The position numbers and the translations under genes are program-made. 64,000 bases of DNA from Octopus sinensis (taxonomy: Eukaryota): the NCBI RefSeq assembly GCF_006345805.1, contig NC_043017.1, positions 32,116,001-32,180,000 on the forward strand. The letters run 5' to 3'. Of this stretch, positions 49,560-62,900 are shown piece after piece. The notes beneath the pieces were generated by a model. The model was not told the DNA's origin and ran no database searches. It was given only the letters and a program-made list of their open reading frames with translations. Position 1 is the stretch's first letter; every line of letters begins with the position of its first letter.

Positions 49560-49745
49560 TGCAAGATGCAGGAGAAAAGGGTGAGATAAAGATGTGGCGA
49601 AAGAGTCAGCAGAACTTTCTGCCAGAGTTGTGTGGCGCTTAGTTATTTCACTCATAAACACACACATCGCCCGGTCTTAGATTCGAACCCGTGATCCCTC
49701 AACCGTGAGTCCACTGCTCTAGCCACTAGGCCATATGCCTCCACA
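49560..49745 (-). mobile_element. SINE family O-like copy
   Basis: Reverse tRNA head GGCATATGGCCTAGTGGCTAGAGCAG..GGTTCGAATC. Confidence 0.65.
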
Positions 49746-49833
49746 CACACAAACATATATATATATATTATATATATTATATATATAATATATATATATT
49801 ATATATATAATATATATTATATATAATATATAT

Positions 49834-49877
<44 letters not shown>

Positions 49878-50204
49878 ATATAATATATATATCTATATAT
49901 GGGAGAGGAAAAATTATAATAAGGCAGAATGCTAAATTGAAAGTAAATTTTGATAAAAATGGGTTTATGGAAAATTAAAAAAGAAAAAATAATAAATCTA
50001 ACTGAAGGTTTCAGCAAAATTCAGAAATGTCATCCTTGACCTCCGGGGGTTCTTGGGGTAGGTGTGAATTTCAAACCTCTGACTAGGATGTTAATTTGGG
50101 TTGGTGTAAGCGTTTTTTTATAGAGGTTTATTATTTTTGTTTTCTTATTTTGGGTCTGTGTTAGCGGTGGTGCCTGCTTTTTTCTTTTATATATATATAT
50201 ATTA

Positions 50205-50620
50205 CCCAGGAAGACTTGGGATGAAGTGGTGAGAAAGTATCTTCAGATGTTGGTCTTCACAAAGTGGACAACAGAGGACTGAGACCTCTGGTGGTTTGCT
50301 GTGCTTGAGAAGAGATGCCAAGCTAAGTAAGTACATGGTTGACCTTGCATACAAGCATATCCCCTGAATCCCTCTTCAGCAGAGCATTATTAATATTGCA
50401 GGGGGGTCATGAATGCTAGTGTCATGTAAAAAGCACCTGTGGCTGATGCTACATGAAAGCACCCAGCACACTCTGTAAAGTGGTTGGCATTAGGAAGGGC
50501 ATCCAACCATAGAAACCATGCCAGAACAGACAGTTGTAACCTGGGAAGCTCTTTAGATGGCCACCTCCTGACAAGCTGTCCAACCCATGCCGGCATGGAA
50601 ACTGGATGTTAAATCTTGGT
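50205..50620 (+). mobile_element. decayed RTE ORF end plus family C UTR
   Basis: PRKTWDEVVRKYLQML..DLWWFAVLEKRCQAK followed by TGGTTGGCATTAGGAAGGGCATCC. Confidence 0.65.
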
Positions 50621-50672
50621 ATCTGCTTGGTATCTTAATTTAAGGCATCCCTCACAATGTTTGCTAAGCCAT

Positions 50673-51062
50673 TCATCATCATCATTGTTCGACTGTGGTC
50701 GAGACAATGGAATTTACTATGTTACGCCAGACTTCACGGTCCATCATAGCATTATGGAGGTCCTGTTGCTGGATGCCTGTATCCCTGGAGATTACATCAG
50801 GGTAGCAGAGTGTACGCCCTCTGGTATTGTGAGTAGATGGCTTCCAGAGGAGAAGAGTAGAAATTACCTTTTTTTCAGCTCTACAACAACAACAATGTCC
50901 AGCAAACTGGACTCTCCTACCTTTCACAAGAGATGACACAGGTGGTAGTTTCCAATATATTTGCATTTTGGTTGGATGGTGCTTCCACGAGACATTTTGA
51001 GCTCTCATAAGGAGGTGAGTGTAGGTTCCATCCAACTGCTTCTCAAGCTTCTTTGATAACGT
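50673..51062 (-). mobile_element. 5'-truncated RTE-like LINE flanked by 157-bp direct repeats
   Basis: RRVQFAGHC..ISTLLLWKP..DREVWR; (TGA)n tail; direct repeats 50516-50672 / 51063-51219. Confidence 0.85.
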
Positions 51063-51584
51063 CCATGCCAGAACAGACAGTTGTAACCTGGGAAGCTCTT
51101 CAGATGGCAACCTCCTGACAAACTGTCCAACCCTTGCCAGCATGGAAACTGAATGTTAAATCTTGGTATCTGCTTGGTATCTTCATCTAAGGCATCCCTC
51201 ACAACGTTTGCTAAGCCATGGTACCTTGCCTTAATTGACTATGATAAGAGTTACAGAAAAATCTCAAACAGCATTTGGTTCTATTTTCATCTCAGCTAAG
51301 CCTTTCTCTAAAATTATATAAATATATTCCTGGAATTTATGTTTACATTTTAGAAGCAGGAAAAAAATTCATTTCACATCAACAGCAACAAAAACAACAA
51401 CACTGAGGAATATCAAAGCTGCATTGTGTCAAAATTTCCATTATAATTTGTTTCGAGGCAAATTATATTTTGTCATAAAGGAAATCTTGTTATGCTACTT
51501 ACAAATCAACAGCCAAAAATTCATACAGAAATTCCCTTAATTTAATACCCCAATACCCCAAAGACAAATGCTAAAGCATTTCTT

Positions 51585-51990
<406 letters not shown>

Positions 51991-52365
51991 CAGATAAAAT
52001 TTTGTCTAGTGACGTAATGTAATAGGTATATACAATAAGTGATGAGGTTCGTTTACCACTAAAACTCCAAGCTGAGCTGTGACTAAAACAGAAGCAATGT
52101 TATAGCTACTAAACAAGGAATGGCTATAAGTGGTTCATCATTGAGCATATATATATATATATCTATCTAGAAAGAATGAACAACTAAAACATGTGGTGCC
52201 TCTTTAGAGCAGGTAATTTACAATTCAAACATAGTTCCAGAGTTGTTATGGTAAACGAGGAATTAAGATCTGCATAAAGTATCTTGCAACTGTTTCTAGA
52301 ATGGCTATGCATATCTTATTGGTCCTTATTTTACTGAGTAAATATTTCTATATAAGAGCCTACTA

Positions 52366-52530
52366 GGTGCTGGAGTGGCTGTGTGGTAAGTAGCTTGCTA
52401 ACCAACCACATGAGTCCGGGTTCAGTCCCACTGCGTGGCATCTTGGGTAAGTGTCTTCTGCTATAGCCCCGGGCCGACCAATGCCTTGTGAGTGGATTTG
52501 GTAGATGGAAACTGAAAGAAGCCTGTCGTA

Positions 52531-52614
<84 letters not shown>

Positions 52615-52805
52615 TGTGTTTGTCCCCTAGCATTGCTTGACAAGCGATGCTGGTGTGTTTACGTCCCCGTCACTTAGCGGTTCGGCAAAAGAGACCAATA
52701 GAATAAGTACTGGGCTTACAAAGAATAAGTCCCGGGGTCGATTTGCTCGACTAAAGGCGGTGCTCCAGCATGGCCGCAGTCAAATGACTGAAACAAGTAA
52801 AAGAA
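52366..52805 (+). mobile_element. SINE family A
   Basis: Full-length copy. Confidence 0.92.
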
Positions 52806-53309
52806 AAGAAAAGAAAAGAAAAGAAAGAATATTCCATCTTTAGAGAGGAAGAATTAAGGAATATTTTTAATAAAGGATAATCATGAACCCTTCAACAATG
52901 GAAATGATAATTACTAATGTCCTGTATTGAGGATATTTGTCAATTCTTCCTCTCTGAAAACAGAGCAGTTGGCTTTTATATGGAAGTCTTTGCTCAGTGA
53001 GATATGCACAGCTATTCTAGAAACAGCTGTAAGAAATTTTATGCACAGCTTCTTAATCCCTTCTTTACTCTAACAATTCGGCAATTACATTTGAATTATA
53101 TATTACACACACATGCACACAATCACACACACAATCACACACACAAACACGCACACATATATACTCTTCTTTTTTTCTCTATTGCCCTTAGCCATGCTGG
53201 ATCACTACTTTCAGGGTTGTTTAGTTGATTATATGAAACGTTGATTTGTCTAGTATTGATTTTATTGTTGATTTTAGATACAAAATTGCTAACAATTCTT
53301 TGGCATGAG

Positions 53310-53460
53310 AAGAGATGAGTACAGCAATACTCCACATATATCGGTCCTCCGTCATATCTTTTGTAAGGGTCAGCATTTTCAGATTGGCCTCCAAATACTT
53401 CATCCCATGTCTTCTTTGGTCTCCCTCTTCCACAACTGCCCTCCACTTTAAGTGATCAGC
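53310..53460 (-). mobile_element. RTE ORF C-terminal fragment
   Basis: VEGSCGRGRPKKTWDEV / LKMLTLTKDMTEDRYMW. Confidence 0.75.
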
Positions 53461-53561
53461 AAAGCCATATCAATATTTCTTCAACTAAAGAAAAAACTCT
53501 TCAGGGGGTGCTTCAGCATGGTCGCAATCAAATGACTGAAACAAGTAAAAGAATAAAAGAC

Positions 53562-53593
<32 letters not shown>

Positions 53594-53624
53594 TGTGCAT
53601 ATGTGTGTGGTGTGTGTGTGTGTG

Positions 53625-53664
53625 TGAGTGGATTTGGTAGACGGAAACTGAAAGAAGCCTGTTG

Positions 53665-53707
<43 letters not shown>

Positions 53708-53925
53708 CTGTGTCTGTGTGTGTGTGTGTCTGTGTTTGTCCCCCCAATATCACTTGACAACCGATGCTGGTGTGTTTACGTCTCCGTAACTTAGCAGTTC
53801 GGTTGAAGAGACCGATAGAATAAGTACTGGGCTTACAAAGAATAAGTCCCGGGGTCGAGTTGCTCGACTAAAGGCGGTGCTCCAGCATGGCCGCAGTCAA
53901 ATGACTGGAACAAGTGAAAGAGTAA
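53625..53925 (+). mobile_element. SINE family A (5'-truncated)
   Basis: 3' two-thirds present. Confidence 0.85.
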
Positions 53926-54122
53926 AAAAGAGAGTAATATTCCTCATTTACAAAATCTCAAATAAAAACGATTAAATACAAAAGATAAAGGAAGAATACT
54001 CCATGAAAGCCCTAAGTCTGAAAATAAACCAGAAATAATACACTTCTATATTTAAGAGATGAGTAATTATTTACATTATTTACATTTGACAGATATTTGT
54101 CCTCATCTTTTTGTTTGTTGTT

Positions 54123-54168
54123 AACACAACGTTTCGGCTGATATACCCTCCAGCCTTCATCAGGTGTC
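54123..54168 (-). ncRNA. minimal hammerhead ribozyme, intact core (family D)
   Basis: GACAC-CUGAUGA-A-GGCUG-GAGGGUAUAU-CAGCC-GAAAC-GUU-GUGUU; loopless palindromic AACGUU stem III. Confidence 0.75.
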
Positions 54169-54247
54169 TTGGGGAAATTTTGAACCTGGGTTCTCATTCC
54201 AAAGGTATTTTTCGTTGTTGTTGTTGTTGCTGTTGTTGCTGTTGTTG

Positions 54248-54292
<45 letters not shown>

Positions 54293-54313
54293 CAGTCAGT
54301 GACCAGAATAATA

Positions 54314-54346
<33 letters not shown>

Positions 54347-54404
54347 TAACAACAACACCGAAAAATACCTTTGGAATGAGAACCCAGATTCAAAATTTCC
54401 CCAA

Positions 54405-54450
54405 GACACCTGATGAAGGCTGGAGAGTATAACAGCTGAAACGTTGTGTT
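54405..54450 (+). ncRNA. minimal hammerhead ribozyme, intact core (family D)
   Basis: GACAC-CUGAUGA-A-GGCUG-GAGAGUAUAA-CAGCU-GAAAC-GUU-GUGUU. Confidence 0.7.
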
Positions 54451-54929
54451 AACAACAAACAAGATGAGGACAAATATCTGTCAAATGTAAATGAACCAAA
54501 AATAGTTAATACTACTACTACTACTACAAAAATGATAACTCCCTCTTTCATACATTAACCAAGAACGCATGTGTTTGGAATGATAATTGAAATCACTTAC
54601 ATGTTGCTAGAAAGAAACTTCTTCCATAAAGTTTAGTGACATTCTGATAGTGAATTTATAACTTAAAAAAAAATTTTATATATACATACACGCACACACA
54701 CATACCTCTTTGTTTTGACCTGTGGCTGGACAAAAAACACCACACCTTATTCTTACTACTGGCCAGCTACTAGCCAGTTGTTCGCCCTACACATATACAC
54801 ACGCACACACACACACACACATGTGTCATCATAGCACACATACACACACACACGCGCACACGCAGACCTCTTCGCACACACACACATCCACACACATTTC
54901 CTTGTCCTTACCATACTGTCTTTGAAAAC

Positions 54930-55180
54930 TCTCCTGTCTTTAAAAGACATTATTCTTCCACCTTTCTACTTCCGGTCTTTCAAAATGTGACCTTGTGTGT
55001 ACCGTTGGCGATTTTTTTTCCTCTGTCTTCCCTTCTCGGGATCTTTCCTTCTCCTATGTTTCCGATGAAGAGCTCCGCTCGAAATGTTAAACCCTCCTTC
55101 TTCCCTTCTTTCCTGAGCGTCCAATAATACTTTATTTGTTCCACGTCCTCGCGTTGTTGTGTTTTCTTGTTTGGATTAAC
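54930..55180 (+). mobile_element. family E element (copy 2) with degenerate hammerhead 55058-55092
   Basis: GUUU-CCGAUGA-A-GAGC-UCC-GCUC-GAAAU-GUU-AAAC. Confidence 0.6.
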
Positions 55181-55249
55181 TATATATATATATATATATA
55201 CATACACACATATATATGTATATTGAGAAGACCTCAGCTATAATATATA

Positions 55250-55570
55250 TAAACAAGAGCACTCACAGAGTGCAAACCTCCACCAAGGCAACCCTGAAGT
55301 CCTCTCAACGATTAGCCAGAGACGATTTTTAAAATGAGAACATCTGAAATAAACTTGACTGCTCTTACAAAGGAGAATGCTAAAAATGAATCCAACCACT
55401 GTCAAAAATTAAGTAAAAAAAGGAAAAATAATCTAGAATCCTTGTCTGGTATTGGATCTATCCCAAAATCTAATCATTTCATGCCAGTCACAAGGCCAAA
55501 CATCCCTGAAAGTTCTTGAGATATCTTGTCCACAGACAAACAAACATGACTGAAAACAATACCTTCTCTG
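55250..55570 (+). repeat. probable non-autonomous Helitron/HINE-like short element
   Basis: AACAAGAGCACTCACAGAGTGC hairpin start and ACAGACAAACAAACATGACTGAAAACAATACC end; recognised from memory only. Confidence 0.35.
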
Positions 55571-55846
55571 CCTTTGCTAAGGTGGAGCTAATAATGTCTG
55601 AATTTGTTTAACGATTTATTTATTAGCAGTATGACATACCTGATGTATAGTTGTATTAGCTTTGATGCATAGTTACACATCAAAATTCTTCCCAAACAAA
55701 ATATATGGTAAGCTTTAGCCAAACCAGCAAGAAATCAAAAAGAACCAAGTTTTGTTGTCTCCGGAAGAGAATAACTTGACAACTTCACTTCACTTTGGGA
55801 AGAAAGAAAAGGAGAGAAAAGAACACCACTTTACCAAAAGTGTGTG

Positions 55847-55879
<33 letters not shown>

Positions 55880-56639
55880 TGTGTGTGTGTGTTTGTGTGT
55901 GTGTGTCTTTGTGTGTGTGTGTGGTGTGTGTGTGTCTTTGTGTGTGTGTGTGTGGTGTGTGTGTGTGTGTGTCTTTGTGTGTGTGTGTGGTGTGTGTGTG
56001 TGTGTTTGTGTGTTTGTGTTTGTGTGTGTGTGTGTGTGTTTGTGTGTGTGTGCATGTGTGTGTGTGTGTGTTGTGTGTGTACCATCGATTTGGCTATCAG
56101 AAAGCTCATCCTCACAAAACACCAAGCAGAGAAATTATAGAATAAAAACAAGAAAAAAATACAGAATAAAATGCTAAAAAAAAAACAAAAAAAAAATACA
56201 AAACAAAATTTATTCAGAGATTAGTCATCCCCTATCTTCACCCAAACAAAAAGAAAAAAAAAAAAGGAAAAGAAGAATTCCACCGAATGAAATAAAAAAA
56301 AGGCTGCCTCACACCACTTGAGCAAGAGATGTTTCTCTCAGTTATCCAGTGTGAATGCCACAATATGTAAACAACACCTGTAACTGACACTTCTGCAGCT
56401 GACTGAGATGAAAGAAACAACAGCAATAAAGTCCTCAACAGCAACCAACTCATATGAAATGGGAATAGTTTGAGAAGAATGCTGGAATGGTTGTCACTGA
56501 CAATATACTATCTTACAATTTCAACACGCTACTTGCAGATATCTGGCTGGTTCCAAACCACTCGGTCACAATAAATTTCCCCTTCCAGTAATGGCCAAGC
56601 TTTGGAAAAAAGAAAAAAAACTCTTGTGATGTGAACATG

Positions 56640-56805
56640 AAAGAGTGGCTGTGTGGTAAGTAGCTTGTTTACCAACCACATGGTTCCGAGTTCAGTCCCA
56701 CTGCATGGCATCTTGGGCAAGTGTCTTCTACTATAGCCCCGGCCGACCAATACCTTGTGAGTGGATTTGGTAGACGGAAACTGAAAGAAGCCTGTCGTAT
56801 ATATG

Positions 56806-56836
<31 letters not shown>

Positions 56837-57000
56837 ATGTTTGTGTGTCTGTGTGTTTACGTCCCCGTCACTTAGCGGTTCGGCAAAAGAGACTGATAGA
56901 ATAAGTACTGGGCTTACAAAGAATAAGTCCCAGGGTCGATTTGCTCGACTAAAGGCGGTGCTCCAGCATGGCCGCAGTCAAATGACTGAAACAAGTAAAA
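56640..57000 (+). mobile_element. SINE family A
   Basis: Tail-to-tail with 57066-57481. Confidence 0.88.
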
Positions 57001-57065
57001 AAGAGAAAAGAGAAAAGAGAGAGTATTTTCATAGTCTTTACATATATATATATATATATATATAC

Positions 57066-57481
57066 TCTTTTACTCTTTTACTCTTTTACTTGTTTCAGTC
57101 ATTTGATTGCTGCGGCCATGCTGGAGCACCGCCTTTAATCGAGCAACTCGACCCCGGGACTTATTCTTTGTAAGCCCAGTACTTATTCTATCGGTCTCTT
57201 TTGCTGAACCGCTAAGTAACGGGGACATAAACACACCAGCATCGGTTTTCAAGCGATGTTGGACGGGACAAACACAGACACACAAACGCATGCACATATA
57301 TATACATATATACATATATACAACGGGCTTCTTTCAGTTTCCATCTACCAAATCCACTCACAAGGCTTTGGTCGGCCCAAGGCTATAGTAGAATACATTT
57401 GCCCAAGGTGCCACGCAGTGGGACTGAACCCGGAACCATGTGGTTAGTAAGCAAGCTACTTACCACACAGCCAGTCCTGCC
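57066..57481 (-). mobile_element. SINE family A
   Basis: Full-length reverse copy. Confidence 0.9.
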
Positions 57482-58616
57482 CTGTGTACTGGGTGCCTTT
57501 TAAGTGGCACCATCACCAGTGCTTTTTACGTGACTCCAACACCCACACCAATGGTTTTTACATGACACCTTGGTTTTAGGACCTCAAATCTGTTGCGGTA
57601 GACAGTTATTTGCTTCTATCATTAAGCACATACGAACACTTAATATTATCAGTATTAGATAAAATCATCTTGTCAAGTTTTCAATGTTAAGTTAGGTATT
57701 TGACAAGAACATATGTGTAATTTTATTGATAACTAAGCAACATTAAACTTGGTGACATATACATTCTTCTTGGTGAATATTCAAGTTTAATATTGTTAAA
57801 AACCACTTCTCTCTCTCTCTCTCCTTCTCTCCCTCTCTCATCTCCACATCCCTTCCTAATTGTCAATGAGACAATATTATCAATGAGATATTGATGAGCA
57901 GTTTCCTTCCCTAGTGGCATCTCATTTTCAGTCGGTTACAATTGCTCACTAATGACAATAGAATGCTAATAATTGATATAATCTCAAGCTCATTTCAGGT
58001 GAGATGTTAAAATGTTATCTAGTCAACAATTGGCTCTCTTTTCAAATTATGAAGAAGACAGACAACAGATTATGAAAACACGAAAAATAAATAACTGATA
58101 ATAGTTATGACACAACACATCCCAAATTACCGACAAGTAATCATAAAATAATTAGGAATATCACATATTATCATGAATGTTGCACAAGATACAATATATA
58201 ACATCAAAAATCACAGACAACATAATAAATTACGCCATAATCGCTGAAAACATCATAAATTAGACTGAGATTGTATTCACTTCGTTAATTTGTTTATTAA
58301 TATATTTATATCACGTTTTGTGAACAATATTATCGCTGGTTTTATGTTTTAAATGGTCCATTCTCAGATTCATAGTATTTGTAATGAGGAGAATATCAAT
58401 GGATTGTCTGCACAACACGGGCAGAACAAATATCACATAAGGGAATTTTGTTTACAGCTTGCACTGATAAACACTGCAGAGAAATATCTACAGATATGCA
58501 TTCATATATGTAGACATATATGATAGGCTTCTGCATAGTTACCATCTCCAAAATTCTTCTCAAAACCCAGCTGAGGTTTCCTCACCCTCTACTTTTCCAG
58601 GATTCATAAAATAATA

Positions 58617-58803
58617 GGCGTAGAAGTGGCTGTGTGGTAAGTAGTATGCTTACAAACCACGTGGTTCCAGGTTCAATCTCACTGTGTAGCACCTTGGGCA
58701 AGTATCTTCTACTACAGCCTCGGGCCAACCAAACTCTTGTGAGTGGACTTGGTAGACAGAAACTGAAAGAAGCCTGTCGTATATATGTATGTATATATAT
58801 ATG

Positions 58804-58835
<32 letters not shown>

Positions 58836-59058
58836 CGTGTGTATATATATGTTTGTGTGTCTGTGTTTGTCCCCACAACATCCCTTGACAAGTGATGTTG
58901 GTGTGTTTACGTCCCCATAACTTAGCAGTTCAGCAAAAAAGACCGATAGAATAAGTACTAGGCTTATAAAGAATAAGTTCTAGGGTCGATTAGCTTGACT
59001 AAAGGTGGTGCTCCAGCATGGCCACAGTCAAATGACTGAAACAAGTAAAAGAGTAAAG
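58617..59058 (+). mobile_element. SINE family A
   Basis: Full-length copy. Confidence 0.9.
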
Positions 59059-60737
59059 TACCTGGGGTTGGTGTAGTCAACCCCAGGTACATTACTCTTT
59101 TAGGGATTTCTGTCTTTGTTAGAGAGGATTATCATTATGGTATAAGTAAAGGCAGCAAGTTGGCTGAATCGTTAGCATGCCAGGCTGGGTTCAAATCCCA
59201 CCAGGGTTGACTTTGCCTTTCATTCTTTTGGGGGTCGATAAAATAAGTACCAGTTGAATATTGGGGTCAATATAATTGACTAACCCTCTTCCCCAAAACT
59301 GCTGGTCTTGTGCCAAAATTTGAAACCATTATTATGGCATAAATAAACATTAGTTTCCCCATTCACTTTCTTCTGCCATTGGACTGTGGCCATGCTGGGG
59401 CACCACCTTGAAGTGTTTAGTCAAACAAATCAACTCTGGTACATATTTTAAGCCTGGTAATTATTTTATCTGTCTTCTTCATTAAACTGCCAAGTTATGA
59501 GGACATAAACAAACAAACAATGGTTGTTGAATAGTAAAGTGGAAAATAAAAAGACACACAGACACACATAAATATACATACGATGGGCTTCCACAGTTTC
59601 TGTCAATTGAATCTACTCAAGGCATTGGTCAGCCCAGGACTATAGTAGAAGACAGTTTCTCAAGGGGAGATTGAACTTAGGACCAAATGGTTGCAAAACA
59701 AGTTTCTTAACCACACAGCCAACTTAATCTCTTCAGATACCCACCAGACCACAGCAGGATCATGCCATAAATTAGAAACTTTAACATTGAAGAATTTAAA
59801 GCAAAACCAATGATTTGCCATAATTGCAGTAAAATAACAAAAAAAAAACAAAAAAACAATAAATTATTGTAAAAGAAACATGGAAAATATAAAAGAAATA
59901 AGGTCTTGAAAACGCACAATAAAATCAGGAAGTAACAAAACAAAGAAAAAAACAAAAGGGAAAAATATACAAATATCAAAAGTTGATGCTATTTTAAAAG
60001 AAACAAAGCTGGAATAAATTTCAATGCAAAGGAACCACAAAGAAACCAAGTTTCAAGGCTGAATAAACATCTTTTATGACCAGACACTGTCCGACAAGAA
60101 GAATGTATTTATTTAATATTAAACATTTTGTATCAGTTACATACTGTCTGATACAATATTATAAGTTTTCTTGTAGTGCTAAACAGTTTTTGGTTTGTTT
60201 TTGAAATCACGCACACTGTCACATATATAATAAGTATGTGTTTTCATATTACTAATTTAAGGAGAATATAAACAAAAGTTCAAATATTAAATTGTCAAAA
60301 TACTACTAAAACTATGGAAGCATAACTATTGGATGAAAATAGGAAAATAATTGTAAATATACTTCTATTGTCATTAAAATATTCTTTCATTTTCATCCTT
60401 AAATTTAATAATACATTTTCCACTTTATTTTGGAAGTTTTTCATTTTTTTTTTAATAAAAAATCTATGCTTTTGTCTTGGTTCATGAAAGCTTGTAATTT
60501 AAATTTTAATAATAAATATGAAAAAAATGATATAGAGCTATTTAGAGGTCTGTGACAGATTTAAGTATAATTCTTACCAGGCATGGATATGTTCATGCTG
60601 TGTGGTATGAAGTTCACTTTGTAACTATGTGGTCTCAGGATCTATTCTTCTACACAGCACCATTGCACTGGCAAATGTCTGCTCCTGTAATATCAAGTGA
60701 AAGGAAATGAAAATGGAAACTTTATTTTATAAAAGCA

Positions 60738-60772
<35 letters not shown>

Positions 60773-60832
60773 ACTCGTGCTAGCATGGAAAACGGATGTT
60801 AAGCAATGATGATGATGATGATGATATATATA

Positions 60833-60873
<41 letters not shown>

Positions 60874-60906
60874 ATATATATATATATATATATATAAGTA
60901 TAAATA

Positions 60907-62135
60907 TTAGGTTGTCACTCACGAAATCTCGCATTTTAATTACAGGTTATTTCAGTCATTTAAGAATTTGATTATGTATACCTTTGCATTTAATCTTGAC
61001 TCTTTTTCTTTCCAAATAATATTGGTATACAAAATTTGTACTCACAGACCTTATGAAAATGATAACAACCAAACTCTGTTGAGTGATTTTCTTGTATAAG
61101 TACAAACTGGGTCACTCTGCTGCAGAAGCTCTATGAAATATCAAGCAGGACTTTGGTAATGGTTCTGTTGAGATCAGAACTTTTCAGAGATGGTTAAAAA
61201 AGATCTCGTTCAGTTGATAGCCTTGAAAATGAACCAAGTGGGAGGCCAAAATCAGTTATTTGGCATGATGGATAAAATGCTTTGGTTGAACAAATTCTGA
61301 GAACAACAGTCCAAAAACTTTCATCAGAACGCCAAACATCTCACACAACTGTTTTTTGACACCCGAAAGAAATTGGAAAAGTCAAGAAAATAGATAGGTT
61401 TGTTCCGCATCAACTGAATAAGATAAAAAAAAAAACAGGCACCTCGAGGTGTGCTTTTTGTTGCTTTCTCAACTGGAAAAAGAACCAAAAAGAATCATTA
61501 GATGTGATGAGAAATGGTTACTCTTTGACAACAACAGGACAGCAGGAGAGTCACCTAAACACTACCCAAACTCATCATTGCACCCTAAAAGGTTAGTGGT
61601 CACTGTATGGTAGCCTGTGAAGGGAGTTATTCATTATTCATTTTTGCAACAAGGAAAAACGGTAAAATGAACATCATATTGCCAGGAAATTGATTGTGTG
61701 CATGAGAATTTGAAAAAGAAACAGCCCTGACTAGTGAATAGAGATGGTCCAATTTTGCTCCACGACAATGCACGTCCTCACAATCCTAAAGCTACGGTCC
61801 AAAAGTTGCAAAGCTTGAATTACGAGATTTTGCAACATCCTCCCTATTCCCCTGGTATCTCTCCTACTGATAATCACTTATTTAAGCATTTTGAGCTTTT
61901 CATAAGCAATAAAACATTCTTAAATAGAGAAGAGGTAATTGAAACATTCCGATAGTTTATCAAAGCAAAAGATGAATTTTTTTTTTAAATATGGAATGAA
62001 TGACATAGAGAAATACTAGGTAAACGTCATAAATGAACATGGATCATATTTTGATTAAATAAATCAGTTCTCTAATACTTCTGAAACATTTTAGTGTTAC
62101 CTTACAAATATGACATTTCATGTGTGACAACCAAA
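60907..62135 (+). mobile_element. decayed full-length mariner (DD34D)
   Basis: TIRs TTAGGTTGTCAC../..GTGACAACCAAA with TA flanks; FVPHQL, CDEKW, HDNARPH and YSPGISPTD with 34-residue spacing; multiple stops and frameshifts. Confidence 0.92.
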
Positions 62136-62145
62136 TATATATATA

Positions 62146-62460
62146 TCATCATCATCATCATCATCATCATCATCGTTTAGCATCTGCTTTCCATGCTAGC
62201 ATGGGTTGGACGGTTCAACTGGGGTCTGGGAAGCCAGAAGGCTGCACCAATCCCAGTTTGATCTGGCAATGTTTCTACGGCTGGATTTCCTTCCTAACGC
62301 CAACCACTCCGTGAGTGTAGTGGGTGCTTTTTATGTGCCACCGGCACAGGTGCCAGACGAGTCTGGCAAACGGCCACGATCAGATGGTGCTTTTTATGTG
62401 CCAGCGGCACTGGTATCACAGCTACAATTTCCATTGATGTTCATCGATTTTGATTTTGAT
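62146..62460 (-). mobile_element. family C LINE 3' UTR
   Basis: Homologous to 35401-35695 and 38800-39225. Confidence 0.82.
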
Positions 62461-62510
62461 TTTCATTATATTTTCATATATTTATATAGATATATATATA
62501 TATGCATACA

Positions 62511-62569
<59 letters not shown>

Positions 62570-62624
62570 GTATACATACACACATGTACATATATATATA
62601 TATAATGGTGGCCTCAAGAGATGT

Positions 62625-62900
62625 GAGAATTCAGCCTTTGCTGAACAACCAACACAAATGATTTGTTTATAGTGATCAAATGTTTGTGCCATACATTAAC
62701 TCATTCTCTTCATTAAATCAACATCGTCTGAACAGGTGCACATTGTACCACATGTCAAAGGTAAAAGTGATTGCAAAGCAGCGAGAGATGAAGTGTTTTG
62801 CTCAAGAACACAACACACCACCTGGTCTAGGAATTGAAACCACGATCTCGTGATTATGAGTGCAGCACCGCACCTTAACCCCTAAACCATGTGCCCTCAC
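62625..62900 (-). mobile_element. degenerate tRNA/CORE-type SINE
   Basis: Reverse GTTCTTGAGCAAAACACTTCA core and GGTTTCAATTCC B-box. Confidence 0.55.

Larger units (their letters stand above)
54078..54492. mobile_element. family D fold-back element
   Basis: About 133-bp inverted arms around (TTG)n(TTA)n-TCAGTGAC-(AAT)n(AAC)n. Confidence 0.88.
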
